64,000 bases of DNA, taken from positions 26,200-90,199 of the forward strand of contig JBFIML010000010.1 in the NCBI GenBank assembly GCA_041611735.1, read 5' to 3'. The notes under the pieces are model-generated. The model was not told the origin of the DNA. It made no database searches and saw only the letters and a list, made by a program, of their open reading frames with translations. A program made the translations under genes and the position numbers. Shown piece by piece: positions 1-9,868 of the stretch (position 1 is its first letter; each line of letters opens with the position of its first letter). The stretch comes from Myxococcota bacterium (GTDB taxonomy: Bacteria; Myxococcota_A; UBA9160; PR03).

Positions 1-1737
1 TGCGGCGATCCGGGCATCCAGTACGACACCACCATCAACCGCTGGAATCCCTGCAAGGCGTCCGGGCGCATCAACGCGAGCAATCCGTGCTCCGAGTACA
101 TGTTCCTGGACGACACGGCCTGCAACCTGGCCAGCCTGAACCTGATGAAGTTCGTGGACGAGCAGGGACGCTTCGACGTGGAGGGATTCCGGCGCACCGT
201 GGCCGTGGTCTTCCTCGCCCAGGAGATCATCGTCGACCACGCCGCCTACCCGACACCCCGCATCGCCCGCAACAGCCATCTGTTCCGGCCCATCGGGCTC
301 GGCTACGCCAACCTGGGGGCGCTGCTGATGGCCTTGGGGCTGCCCTACGACAGCGCCGAAGGCCGCAATCTGTCGGCCTGCGTGACGGCGCTCATGTGCG
401 GCCAGGCGTACCTGACCAGTGCGGAGATCGCCCGGGCCATGGGGCCCTTCCCGCGCTACCGCATGAACCGCAAGCCCTTCCTCGAGGTGGTGGGCATGCA
501 CAAGGCGGCGGCGGAGGCGGTCCCCGCCGCCGGGGTGCCCCAGGCCCTGAGACAGGCCGCTTGCGAGGTGTGGGCGTCGGCGCTCGAGACGGGTCGCCGC
601 TTCGGCTTCAAGAACGCGCAGGCCACCGTGCTGGCGCCCACCGGCACCATCGCCTTCATGATGGACTGCGACACCACCGGCGTGGAGCCGGACATCGCCC
701 TCGTCAAGTACAAGAAGCTGGTCGGGGGCGGTCTGCTGAAGATCGTGAACCGCACCGTACCCATGGCCCTGCGCCGGCTCGGCTACGCGGAGGCGCAGGT
801 CGAGGAGATCGTCCGCTACGTGGACGAGTATGAGACCATCGAAGGGGCTCCCCATCTGGAGGAGGAGCACCTGGCCGTCTTCGACTGCGCCTTCCGCCCG
901 GCAAAGGGCGAGCGCTCGATCCACTGGATGGGCCACCTGCGGATGATGGGGGCCGTGCAGCCGTTCCTGTCCGGGGCGATCAGCAAGACGGTCAACCTGC
1001 CCGAGGACGCGTCGGTCGAGGACGTCATGACCGCCTACGTGGAGGGCGCCAGGCTCGGCCTGAAGGCCCTGGCCGTCTACCGGGACGGGTGCAAGCTGTC
1101 GCAGCCGCTGAACACGGGCAAGGAGAAGCGGCCGGCCCTGCTCGAGGAGGTGCGGCCGGTGCGGCGCAAGCTGCCGGACGAGCGCCGCGCCCTCACCCAC
1201 AAGTTCTCCATCGCGGGCCACGAAGGCTACCTGACGGTGGGCCAGTACGAGGACGGGAGCCCCGGCGAGATCTTCCTGCGCATGGCCAAGGAGGGGAGCA
1301 CGGTCTCCGGACTGATGGACACGATCGCGACCATGACTTCGATCGCGCTCCAGTACGGGGTGCCGCTCAAGGCGCTGACCGACAAGTTCAGCCACACGCG
1401 CTTCGAGCCGGCGGGCTTCACCAACAACCGGGAGATCCCCTTCGCCAAGTCGGTGACGGACTACGTGTTCCGCTACCTGGCGAGCCGTTTCCTGACCGAG
1501 GAGACCCCGGTGCCCGACGAGCAGGAGACCCAGGCCGAGACGGCGGGACTCTTGCCGGCGCGGGAGCACGCACCGCGCCCGGCCGTGGCCGGCGGGTCCG
1601 GTGCCGATGCGCGCACGGGCTACGGCTTCGTGAACCAGGCCGACGCGCCGTCGTGCAGCGATTGCGGCGCGATCATGGTGCGCAACGGTGCCTGCTACAA
1701 GTGCCCGAACTGCGGCGGCACGAGCGGCTGCAGCTAA
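1..1737 (+). CDS. nrdJ: Vitamin B12-dependent (class II) ribonucleotide reductase, 5'-truncated by the window edge
   Basis: Frame is open from base 1 (CGDPGIQYDTTINRW...NASNPCSEYMFLDDTACNLASLNL). It has APTGT and SGAISKTVN motifs, a C-terminal TSCPD-like domain and a CxxC..CxxC zinc ribbon. Confidence 0.95.
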   Translation, partial: CGDPGIQYDTTINRWNPCKASGRINASNPCSEYMFLDDTACNLASLNLMKFVDEQGRFDVEGFRRTVAVVFLAQEIIVDHAAYPTPRIARNSHLFRPIGLGYANLGALLMALGLPYDSAEGRNLSACVTALMCGQAYLTSAEIARAMGPFPRYRMNRKPFLEVVGMHKAAAEAVPAAGVPQALRQAACEVWASALETGRRFGFKNAQATVLAPTGTIAFMMDCDTTGVEPDIALVKYKKLVGGGLLKIVNRTVPMALRRLGYAEAQVEEIVRYVDEYETIEGAPHLEEEHLAVFDCAFRPAKGERSIHWMGHLRMMGAVQPFLSGAISKTVNLPEDASVEDVMTAYVEGARLGLKALAVYRDGCKLSQPLNTGKEKRPALLEEVRPVRRKLPDERRALTHKFSIAGHEGYLTVGQYEDGSPGEIFLRMAKEGSTVSGLMDTIATMTSIALQYGVPLKALTDKFSHTRFEPAGFTNNREIPFAKSVTDYVFRYLASRFLTEETPVPDEQETQAETAGLLPAREHAPRPAVAGGSGADARTGYGFVNQADAPSCSDCGAIMVRNGACYKCPNCGGTSGCS

Positions 1738-1901
1738 GCGGGCGCCGGGAGACTTCTAGGCGGCGTCTTGCAGGGGGGGTAAGGCGCCGCTGGAGCGCGG
1801 AGATTCCCCGTCCTCAGCCCACCGGGCTCTGGATGGGGGTCTCCGCGCTCTTCGTCTGGGCCGGGCTCGCCTCGTGATGGTCCAGGGACCGGGGTACGGG
1901 C

Positions 1902-2303
1902 TCAGTAGACCCAGCGCCCGCCTTGATAACGGAAGATCTCGGTGACGGGGGTGACCGCCGATACCGCGCAGCCCTGGCCGCGGGCCTCCGCGCAGCGGTA
2001 CTGGTGCTCCCGGTAGCGCAGGATCCCCACGTAGGGAGCGACGGCATGCCCGGTCGGCCGCAGCTCGATCTCGTAGTCCGTGCCGTAGTCCCGGTAGGAG
2101 ACGGCGTTGAGGGCCCGCTGCTGCTTCTCCGCAGCGCGCAGCTTGATCATCCACTGCTGCGCGAAGCTCTCGAAGGAGCTGCGGGCCTTCGTGTTCTGGG
2201 AGGCGATCGCGGCGGGAGCCTCGGCTTGGGACGGGAGCGCGGGCAGGGCAAGGACGGCGATGACCAGGGACGCTGCCAGGAGGCGGGTGACGAGCAGGCG
2301 CAT
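1902..2303 (-). CDS. Hypothetical secreted protein (133 aa)
   Basis: Signal-peptide-like N-terminus ending SQA, plausible globular body with two Cys, GGAGG and TAGAAT upstream. Confidence 0.75.
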   Translation of the reverse strand: MRLLVTRLLAASLVIAVLALPALPSQAEAPAAIASQNTKARSSFESFAQQWMIKLRAAEKQQRALNAVSYRDYGTDYEIELRPTGHAVAPYVGILRYREHQYRCAEARGQGCAVSAVTPVTEIFRYQGGRWVY

Positions 2304-2414
2304 GGGCCCTCCATTCTACCCGAAGGTGGCCGTGCGAGGTCTCCTCGGTCAGCCGGCCCCTGGGCTGTAGGCCTCCCCCCACACCGCGGGATCGACTGGC
2401 TGGGGCCCACCGAT

Positions 2415-2430
2415 TGTGATTTCGATCACA
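2415..2430. promoter_or_regulatory. CRP/FNR-family operator
   Basis: TGTGA-TTTCGA-TCACA is an exact TGTGA-N6-TCACA match in the spacer between divergent genes. Confidence 0.75.
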
Positions 2431-2534
2431 CGAGTTGGGCCCGGGGCCCTTGCCGGTGGCCGGCAGCCTGTCCTATCCCCCTCTTTCCGGGCCCCTGACG
2501 CCTGCCTCGAGTCCCCGCTGCCTCCCAAGGAGCC

Positions 2535-3359
2535 GTGGCCGATCCCCTCGCCCTGTGTTTCGTCCGCACCCTGGAGCCGGCCCTGCGCCAGGCGGCGGCG
2601 ATCGCGCGGGCCCTCGAGGGCCGCGTCGCCAACCGCCCGAAGCAGGGCGAGCGGAGCCCCGCCAAGGCAGCCCTGACGCTGGCAGACACGGCGTCCCAGG
2701 AGGCGCTGCTCGTGCCGCTGCTCCAGGACTTCGCGGCGGCCTGTCTGGAGGCGGAGGAGCGCACGCCGAGCGTGGACGCCTTCACGGGGGAGGCGACCGA
2801 GCAGCAGATCGTCGTGGACCCGATCGACGGGACGCTGAGCTTCTACCTGCGGGGAGCCGGTCCGTACGCGGTGATGGCGGGTCTGGCACTGCGGGGCCGT
2901 TACGAGGCGGCGTTGGTGGCGCTGCCGCGCGAGCGCCTGTTTCTGGAGGCGGTGCGCGGCGCCGGCGCCCGGGTGGCGCGGGGCGGCGGGAGCTTCGAGC
3001 CCGCCAGCCTGCCCGGCAGCGGGCGCGAGGTGCTCGTCTCCGACAACCTGCCCGAGGCCGTGGCCGATCGGCTCCGGGGCGAGGGCTACGGGGTGCGCCC
3101 GGCGGCGGGCGGGGCGATCGCCGTGGCGCCCCTGCTTCCCGGCGTGTGTGCAGGCCTGCGCCTGGCGGGGGCCGCCGGCGCCATCAGCCGACGCGGTCGC
3201 ATCGGAGTCCTGATCGCCAGCGAGGCCGGCGCGCTGGTGCGGGGGGCCGCCGGCGCCCCCTTCCCCGAGGCGATCGACGCGCCGGCCCCGGCGCTCCTGA
3301 CGGCAGCCCGCCCCGAGGACCTGGACGCCCTGCAGCGCGCCCTCGACGCCCTCGCCTGA
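2535..3359 (+). CDS. Inositol monophosphatase (FIG) family protein, divergent
   Basis: LTLAD, EAEE and VVDPIDGT motifs plus LIASEAGA; AGGAG RBS before the GTG start. Confidence 0.8.
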   Translation: MADPLALCFVRTLEPALRQAAAIARALEGRVANRPKQGERSPAKAALTLADTASQEALLVPLLQDFAAACLEAEERTPSVDAFTGEATEQQIVVDPIDGTLSFYLRGAGPYAVMAGLALRGRYEAALVALPRERLFLEAVRGAGARVARGGGSFEPASLPGSGREVLVSDNLPEAVADRLRGEGYGVRPAAGGAIAVAPLLPGVCAGLRLAGAAGAISRRGRIGVLIASEAGALVRGAAGAPFPEAIDAPAPALLTAARPEDLDALQRALDALA

Positions 3360-3362
3360 GCC

Positions 3363-5057
3363 CTACATCCCCGTGTAGTCGATCCCCTGGCCGCCCTCCG
3401 GCGGGGTCCAGGTGATGATCTGGTAGGGGTCGGCGATGTCGCACGTCTTGCAGTGGACGCAGTTCTCGTGGTGGATCAGCAGCTTCTTCTTCCCCGCTTG
3501 CTCGTCGTCCGGGACCATCTCGTACACGTGGGCCGGGCAGAAGTGCTCGCAGGGATTCCCGTACTCCTCGCTGCACACGTCGCGGCACAGGTCGGTGTCC
3601 GCCACCACGAGGTGCGACGGCTGGTCGACCTCGTGGGTGGCGCCGCTGTGCTGCACCAGCGTCTCGCGGTCGAAGGTGAGCTTGCGGTCGAACTCGGGGC
3701 GCGGCGGCGTCCGCTCGGCCGCTTCGAGCTGCGAGAGCTTCTTGTAGTGCGCCCAGCCCGGCTGGGTGGCGATGGGATCCAGCAGCCCGCGTCCCCGGGT
3801 GATCATGCGGAAGGGCTGGTTCAGGAAGAAGAAGAGCGCGCCCTTCTCCCACGAGCCGTGGAAGTTGCGGGCCTCCATGTGCTCCTCCCAGGCCCAGCTG
3901 CGCTGATACCGCTCGGCGTAGCCGCCCAGGGTGACGGCACTCGTGTCCTTGGCCCGCAGCGCGTCGACGATCGTCTCTGCGGCCAGCATGCCGGACTTCA
4001 TGGCCATGTGGATGCCGGCGAGCCTTTCCGCGTTGCAGAAGCCCGCCGAGTCGCCCACGATCAGCGCCCCGTCCGCGTAGAGCTTGGGCTGCGCGTACAG
4101 GCCGCCCGCCGGGAGGGCGCGCGCGCCGTACTTCACCAGCTCCGCGCCCTCCAGGAGGTTCCGGATGAAGGGATGCTCCTTGAAGCGCTGCATGGACAGA
4201 TGGGGATTGTTCCACGGGCTCTCGGCGTCCAACATCGTCACGTAGCCCAGGGAGATCTGGGTGTCCTGGATGTCGTACAGCCACATGCCGCTCACGGGCT
4301 TGAACCAGTTCGGCCAGCCCATGCCGTGGATCACGCGACCCGGACGGTGCTTCTTGGGATCGATCTTCCAGATCTCCTTGATGCCGGTCTCGTAGACCTG
4401 GGGGTTGGGTCCCTCGAGCCCGAACTGCTGGATCATCTGTTTGGTGAGCGTGCCGAGTACGCCTTCGCCGAGCACCGTGACCTTGGCGTAGATGTCCATT
4501 CCGGGCTGGAAGTTCGACTTCGGGTTGCCGTGCTTGTCGACGCCCATGTCGCCAATCCGTACCCCGACGACGCGGCTCCCTTCGGTCAGCAGCCTTTCGC
4601 CCGCGAAGCCCGGATAGATCTCGACACCCGCCTGCTCGCAACGCGCCGCCATCCACTGGACCACCTTGCTGATCGAGACCACCGGGTACCCACGCTTGCG
4701 GAACGCCGGCGGGGTGATGGGCGACACGAAGTGGCGCTTCTTCGTGAAGAAGTACAGGTAGTCCTTGGTGCAGAAGTGCTCGATCGGAAAGCCTTCGTCC
4801 CTCCAGCCGGGCACGAGCTCGGCGATGGCGCGCGGGTTCATGACGGCTCCCGAGAGCACGTGCTCTCCCACGGCCGCGCCCTTCTCGATCACCAGGATGG
4901 TGGGCGGCTCGATGGGCTCGCCGCCCTCGCGCTCCACGCGCTCGTTGTGGGCCTGGATCTGGCTCTGGAGATGGAGTGCCGAGGCCAGGGTCCCCGGGCC
5001 GGCGCCGACGAACAGGACGTCGACCTCGAGGCTCTCGCGTTCCACCGGCTGGGACAT
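3363..5057 (-). CDS. Electron transfer flavoprotein-ubiquinone oxidoreductase
   Basis: N-terminal VDVLFVGAGPG FAD motif, HVLSGAVM, GIHMAMKSG, and a C-terminal 4Fe-4S domain (CPAHVYE, NCVHCKTCDIADP, WTPPEGGQG). Start placed at MSQPVERE after GGAGG. Confidence 0.93.
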   Translation of the reverse strand: MSQPVERESLEVDVLFVGAGPGTLASALHLQSQIQAHNERVEREGGEPIEPPTILVIEKGAAVGEHVLSGAVMNPRAIAELVPGWRDEGFPIEHFCTKDYLYFFTKKRHFVSPITPPAFRKRGYPVVSISKVVQWMAARCEQAGVEIYPGFAGERLLTEGSRVVGVRIGDMGVDKHGNPKSNFQPGMDIYAKVTVLGEGVLGTLTKQMIQQFGLEGPNPQVYETGIKEIWKIDPKKHRPGRVIHGMGWPNWFKPVSGMWLYDIQDTQISLGYVTMLDAESPWNNPHLSMQRFKEHPFIRNLLEGAELVKYGARALPAGGLYAQPKLYADGALIVGDSAGFCNAERLAGIHMAMKSGMLAAETIVDALRAKDTSAVTLGGYAERYQRSWAWEEHMEARNFHGSWEKGALFFFLNQPFRMITRGRGLLDPIATQPGWAHYKKLSQLEAAERTPPRPEFDRKLTFDRETLVQHSGATHEVDQPSHLVVADTDLCRDVCSEEYGNPCEHFCPAHVYEMVPDDEQAGKKKLLIHHENCVHCKTCDIADPYQIITWTPPEGGQGIDYTGM

Positions 5058-5092
5058 GGGAACCTCCTCCGGGCAGACGCCGCCCCTGTCCA

Positions 5093-5120
5093 AAAGTAAG
5101 CGAACCGCCCTTCGGGTCAA
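5093..5120 (-). promoter_or_regulatory. Candidate sigma70-type promoter for ETF-QO
   Basis: Minus strand TTGACC-N16-TACTTT about 35 nt upstream of the start. Confidence 0.45.
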
Positions 5121-5158
5121 CCGACCCGGATCCCCGGGGGCCGCCGCGTCGCTGACCG

Positions 5159-6358
5159 TCAGTCGGGATTCTTCTCCGGCACGAGCGTGCTTCGGGAGAG
5201 CACGAAGATCGCGACGGCCGCGCCGAGCAGGACCGCGCCGATGGCGAACGGGGCCCCGGGGCCGATGCGCCCGAAGACGGCTCCGCCCCAGAGTGGCCCC
5301 GCGACGCGTCCAGTCGTCGCCATGGACTGGCTCTCGCCGAGCAGCTCGCCGGCGTGCTCCTGGTGACAGGCGCGCGAATAGAGCGCGGTGAAGGCCGGAA
5401 AGGCGAGTCCGTTGCCCACCGCGATGAGCGGTCCCACCGCGAAGAACCAGGCGTACGAGGGGCACAGGGGGATCAGGGCCAGGCCCAGGGCGGTGGAGGA
5501 AAGGCCCAGGATCACGAGCCGGACCTCGCCGAGGCGATCCGCCAGGCGGCCCACCAGCACGCCCTGCGTGAACGCGATGAAGAGGCCCAGGAACGCAAAC
5601 ACCCGGCCTGCCTCGCGGGTGCCCAGCGCGAAGCGCTCGTGCAGGAACAGGGCGAACATCGACTCGAGGGCGGCGAAGGCCGTGAAGATGTGCAGGAAGA
5701 GATAGAGATAGAGACCGATGCGTCGCTCGTGCACGGCGGTGGCGAGGCGTAGCGGCGTCGGCACCAGCACGCGGGCGAGGCGTCTCCATTCCAGCGGCGC
5801 ATTGCGCGGCGGTCGCGACTCCGGCAGCCGCAGCCAGGCCACCAGCCAGTTGGCCGCCGCCAGGCCCGCCACGGTCCAGAACGGCAGCCGCTCGTGGATG
5901 GCGCCGAGCTCCCCGCCGAGCGCATTGCCCAGCACGAAGCCGAGGCCGAAGGCGGCACCGATCAGGCCCATCCCGCGCGCGCGGTCGGCGGGTGGAGTCA
6001 GGTCCGTGACCACCGCCTGGGCGGTGCCGATGCTGGCGGCGAAGAAGCCGCCCAGCGCTCGCGCGGCGTAGACGGCAACGAGGGTCTCCGCCAGGGCGAG
6101 CACCACGAAGGAGGCGGCCGTCCCGGCCAGGGACACGAGCAGCACGGGCCGGCGCCCGACGCGGTCCGACATCCAGCCCCAGGCCGGCAGGAACAAGAGC
6201 TGGGTCAGGGCGTAGATGGACAGGATCAGGCCCACCTCCAGCGGTGTGGCGCCGAGCCGGGCCGCGTACAGGGGAAGCACGGGGATCAGGACGCTGAACC
6301 CGACGAAGTCGAGCAGGATCGTGACGAAGACGATGCCGAGAGCGCCCCGCAGCTGCAC
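5159..6358 (-). CDS. MFS transporter (TetA/DHA1-like)
   Basis: Motif A (GWMSDRVGRRPVLL), DRARGMGLIGAAFGLGFVLG and about 12 hydrophobic segments. GTG start inferred. Confidence 0.9.
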   Translation of the reverse strand: MQLRGALGIVFVTILLDFVGFSVLIPVLPLYAARLGATPLEVGLILSIYALTQLLFLPAWGWMSDRVGRRPVLLVSLAGTAASFVVLALAETLVAVYAARALGGFFAASIGTAQAVVTDLTPPADRARGMGLIGAAFGLGFVLGNALGGELGAIHERLPFWTVAGLAAANWLVAWLRLPESRPPRNAPLEWRRLARVLVPTPLRLATAVHERRIGLYLYLFLHIFTAFAALESMFALFLHERFALGTREAGRVFAFLGLFIAFTQGVLVGRLADRLGEVRLVILGLSSTALGLALIPLCPSYAWFFAVGPLIAVGNGLAFPAFTALYSRACHQEHAGELLGESQSMATTGRVAGPLWGGAVFGRIGPGAPFAIGAVLLGAAVAIFVLSRSTLVPEKNPD

Positions 6359-6454
6359 GCGTCCCTCCCCCCCGCGTCGGGGAGAAGAGCATGCCACGCC
6401 CACCGGGGCACGGCTCCTGAGGCGCGAGCACCCGGCGCCCCGTATACTGCTTGC

Positions 6455-7426
6455 GTGCGTTCCTTCGAATCGGGCCTCGTGGATCTCGTCCGGGAGTTCC
6501 TGCTCGGTCACGAGCTGCTGAGACGCACCTTCGCTCGCCTGCAGAGCGGTGAGCTCCGCTTCGAGGAGCTGCAGCAGCTCGTCGGGGACAGCGAGGCGAG
6601 CGTCCTGTTCCGGCTGAAGGAGCGTTGCCACGCCCTGTTCCGGCAGGTCGAGGCCGGCGGCGACCCGGCCATGACGCGCGGCGCCCTGTTCGACCTGGCG
6701 GTGGGCTCACTCTTCCACGAAGCCATGAAGCTTCGTGAGAACTTCTACCAGCTCGCCGTGTACGCGCCGAAGGTGGCGGCGCTGCGCAGCCAGGCGGGCG
6801 CGGACGCGGACCGTCTGTTCCAGGAGTTCGAGCGCATCCTGGCCGCCGCCGGCAGCCGCCTGGAGGAGGCCCGCAACGAGACCGAGGCCCTGCTCGACCA
6901 GACCCGCGAGCAGTTCCGTCGGCTCCTGGTGGCGCATCGCTCGAACGGCCTGGTCACGCGCTACCTGCTGGAGAACCGCACGCTGGTGGAGCAGGTGCTC
7001 GGCGACCCGCTCGAGGATCTGCTCGACCAGATCCACGGCGAGGCCATCGAGGGCTATGCCCAGGCCGCGCGCTCCTACCTCGAGAGCGGATACTTCGAGG
7101 AGGCGCGGCACGCCCTGGCCGAGGCCCTGGATCGCGAACCGGGCCGGCCGGAGTTGCGGCGGCTGGCGGCGTACTCCCAGGGCATGGCCGCCTACCTGCA
7201 GGGCCGCTACACGGAGGCCGTCGCCAGCCTCGAGCGCTGGCTCGAGGACGCACCAGCCGCCGAGGCCAAGCCCTTCGCCCAGCTCTCGGCGGCGGCCCTG
7301 TTGCGCCTGGGCCAGCTCGTGGAGGGCTCCGACCAGGCGCCGGCGGCGCCCCGCGCCGCGGAGCTCGCACGACGGCTCCAGGCCCTGCTTGCGCCTCCGC
7401 CCCCGGGAGCCTCCGCGGGCTGCTAG
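6455..7426 (+). CDS. Hypothetical helical protein with C-terminal TPR-like repeats
   Basis: Coding-like frame VRSFESGLVDL...; TPR-like AxxYLExGYFEEARHALAEAL and GMAAYLQGRYTEAVASLE; TATACT 6 nt upstream of the GTG. Confidence 0.75.
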   Translation: MRSFESGLVDLVREFLLGHELLRRTFARLQSGELRFEELQQLVGDSEASVLFRLKERCHALFRQVEAGGDPAMTRGALFDLAVGSLFHEAMKLRENFYQLAVYAPKVAALRSQAGADADRLFQEFERILAAAGSRLEEARNETEALLDQTREQFRRLLVAHRSNGLVTRYLLENRTLVEQVLGDPLEDLLDQIHGEAIEGYAQAARSYLESGYFEEARHALAEALDREPGRPELRRLAAYSQGMAAYLQGRYTEAVASLERWLEDAPAAEAKPFAQLSAAALLRLGQLVEGSDQAPAAPRAAELARRLQALLAPPPPGASAGC

Positions 7427-8172
7427 GCGGCCGCCGCCGCCGGACCCCGCAGCCGGCGCCGGAGCCACAGGCCCCCGCCCACCAACGCCAGGCCGAGGGC
7501 GATCCACTGGGCCTCGGTGAGCTCCGCCGCCACCCGGGGATTGACGCGCCAGAACTCGATCACGAAGCGGCCCGCCGCCGCCAGCGCCAAGTACTCGCCA
7601 AACAGCAGCGGGCTCGTGCGCCGCCGCCGCCACAGCCACGCCGCCACCAGCACCAGCCAGGCGACCTCGTAGAGCTGGGTCGGGTGGACCGGCTCCAGGG
7701 TGGGCGGCGCCCCCTTCGGGAAGGCGACGCCCCACGGCGCGTCGGTCACGCGTCCGTAGTCGTCGCCCACCAGGAAGCACCCGATCCGACCCATGGCCTG
7801 ACCGACCGGGAGGGCCAGCGCGATGCAGTCCGAGAGGGCCTTGAGGGGCAGGCGGTGGACGAGCCCCCCGATGATCCCGAACAGGATCCCGCCCAGCAGG
7901 CCGCCGTACCAGGTAATGCCCTCGCGGGCCAGCAACAGCGAGAGGAAGGGCAGCCCTTCACGCAGGTGGGTGTCGACGGCGAAGTAGAGCTTCGAGCCCC
8001 CGATCCCCCCCACCATCACCCAGATCAGCAGGCTGGTCGCCTTGTCCGGGTCCATCCCCAGCTCGCGCATGCGCCCGGCGGCGATCCAGGTGCCCACCAG
8101 GAACGCCGCGGCGAGCATCAAGCCGAAGGAGCTGATCGGAAAGCCAAAGATCTCGAAGACGACGGGATACAC
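7423..8172 (-). CDS. lgt: Prolipoprotein diacylglyceryl transferase
   Basis: MYPVVF start; GITWYGG, GRIGCFLVGDDYG, HPTQLYE and RFVIEFWR motifs. Confidence 0.95.
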   Translation of the reverse strand: MYPVVFEIFGFPISSFGLMLAAAFLVGTWIAAGRMRELGMDPDKATSLLIWVMVGGIGGSKLYFAVDTHLREGLPFLSLLLAREGITWYGGLLGGILFGIIGGLVHRLPLKALSDCIALALPVGQAMGRIGCFLVGDDYGRVTDAPWGVAFPKGAPPTLEPVHPTQLYEVAWLVLVAAWLWRRRRTSPLLFGEYLALAAAGRFVIEFWRVNPRVAAELTEAQWIALGLALVGGGLWLRRRLRGPAAAAA

Positions 8173-8237
8173 GGGCTGCCGCCCCCCGGTCGGAAGCTAG
8201 GGGAAGGCCAGCAGCGGAACAAGCGAGGAGGACGCCT

Positions 8238-9692
8238 TCAGCGCTCGCCGAGCGTCACGTGGAAGCACGCACCCTGGCCGGGATGGCTCTCCACCCAGGC
8301 GCGCCCGCCATGCACCTCGGCGATCTTCCGCACGATCGCCAGGCCGATGCCGGTGCTGCGCCGCCCGCCGGGGCTCGGCATGCTCTGGAACATGCCGAAG
8401 ATGCGCTCCTGGTGGACGGGCGCGACGCCGCGGCCGTTGTCGCGGACCGTGAGGTGCCAACCTCCTTCCTCCTCCAGCACCTCCACCTCGATCCGGGGGC
8501 TGGCACACGGGCCCATGTGCTGCAGGGCATTCCCGATCAGGTTGGCGAAGATCTGGTAGAGGCGGGTGCCGTCGCAACGCACCAGGGGCGGATCCTCGGG
8601 GATGCGCAGCTCGATGCCGTGCTCGTCCAGCTGCGCCTTGAGCTCCGCATGGAGCCGGAGCAGGGCGTCGCGGGGATCGACCAGCGCGGAGGGCTCCGGC
8701 GCGCCCTCGATGCGCGAGAAGTCGAGCAGCTCCCGGATCAGGGCCTCCATGGTGCGGCCGGCCTCTTCGATGCGCTGCAGGTAGTGCGCACCGGTCTCCC
8801 CGAGGCGTCCGCCGTGGTCCTCGCGTAACAGTCGGGAGAAGCCCAGCACCGAGACCAGGGGGCCGCGCAGGTCGTGGGAGACGACCCGGGCGGTCTCCTC
8901 GAGCTCGGCGTTCTTGCGCTGGAGGTCGCGCTTGAACTCGCGACGCTCTGTCTCGTCGCGCAGGAACGCCACCGCGCCGACGACGGTGAGGTCGGCGAGC
9001 CGCAGCGGGCTCGCGGAGAGGGAGACCCAGATCGTCGTGCCGTCGCTGCAGCGCAGCTCCACCTCCTCGCGTAGGGCGCGATGCTGGGGCTCCAGGGCGC
9101 GTGCCAGCAGGGCGGCGTCGCCGCGGTCCACCAGGAACTGCTCGACGCGCCGACCCCGCACCTCGGCCGGATCCCAGCCGAGCACGTAGCGCACGGCCGG
9201 GTTGGCGTACTCGATGTACCCTTCGCGGTCGGACACCACCACGGGATCGGGCGAGCTGTCGAGGATCGCGCTCAGGTACTCGACCGTGCGCCGGAACTCC
9301 TCCGCCCGGAGCTCCTGGTCCGAACGCCGTCTCACCAGCGCGACGATCGCCCCCTGCCCGCTATCCCGGCCGAGGGGGACCGCCGCGAACTCGACGGTCT
9401 CCACCTCCCCGTCGGGCGTACGCACCTCCACGCGCTCGCTCCAGACCCCGCCCTCCCGATCCAGGCGCGCCCTCAGCGCGTCGCCGTGCTCGGAGTCGAC
9501 CAGGAATTCGCGCCAGAAGCGTCCGAGGAGCGTACGCGAATCGCCACCGGCGCCCAGGATGGAATCGCTCAGCCAGACGATGCGGCCCTCGAGATCCACG
9601 ACGACCACCCCGGGCTCGAGCCGCGACAGCCCCTCGAGCAGGGGCAGCGCGTCGAGTCGGGCGAGCGGCTTCTCCAGGGCGGGGGGCGTCAA
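8238..9692 (-). CDS. Cytoplasmic PAS-PAS sensor histidine kinase
   Basis: Two PAS domains, H-box VSHDLRGPL, N-box QIFANLIGNA, DNGRG and GIGLAIV boxes. Start (TTG) uncertain. Confidence 0.9.
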   Translation of the reverse strand: MTPPALEKPLARLDALPLLEGLSRLEPGVVVVDLEGRIVWLSDSILGAGGDSRTLLGRFWREFLVDSEHGDALRARLDREGGVWSERVEVRTPDGEVETVEFAAVPLGRDSGQGAIVALVRRRSDQELRAEEFRRTVEYLSAILDSSPDPVVVSDREGYIEYANPAVRYVLGWDPAEVRGRRVEQFLVDRGDAALLARALEPQHRALREEVELRCSDGTTIWVSLSASPLRLADLTVVGAVAFLRDETERREFKRDLQRKNAELEETARVVSHDLRGPLVSVLGFSRLLREDHGGRLGETGAHYLQRIEEAGRTMEALIRELLDFSRIEGAPEPSALVDPRDALLRLHAELKAQLDEHGIELRIPEDPPLVRCDGTRLYQIFANLIGNALQHMGPCASPRIEVEVLEEEGGWHLTVRDNGRGVAPVHQERIFGMFQSMPSPGGRRSTGIGLAIVRKIAEVHGGRAWVESHPGQGACFHVTLGER

Positions 9693-9868
9693 TGCTTGCT
9701 TCTCTCTCCCTGCGCGCTCCACGCAGCCTGCCTCGGTGATGTCGCGCTGTGCATCGAGGGGCGCGCCTTCACAGGGACCGGTCCATCCATCACTTCCGGC
9801 CCCTCGGTCTTGGGGGAGCCACGGCAGCGCAGCCACGCGAATCCTATCACACGCCGTCTCGCATCGAT

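Noticed and set aside
3363-6710. 1115-aa ORF suggesting an N-terminally fused ETF-QO
   Set aside because: The upstream half is an off-frame read-through of the MFS gene; ETF-QO has its own RBS and start at 5057.
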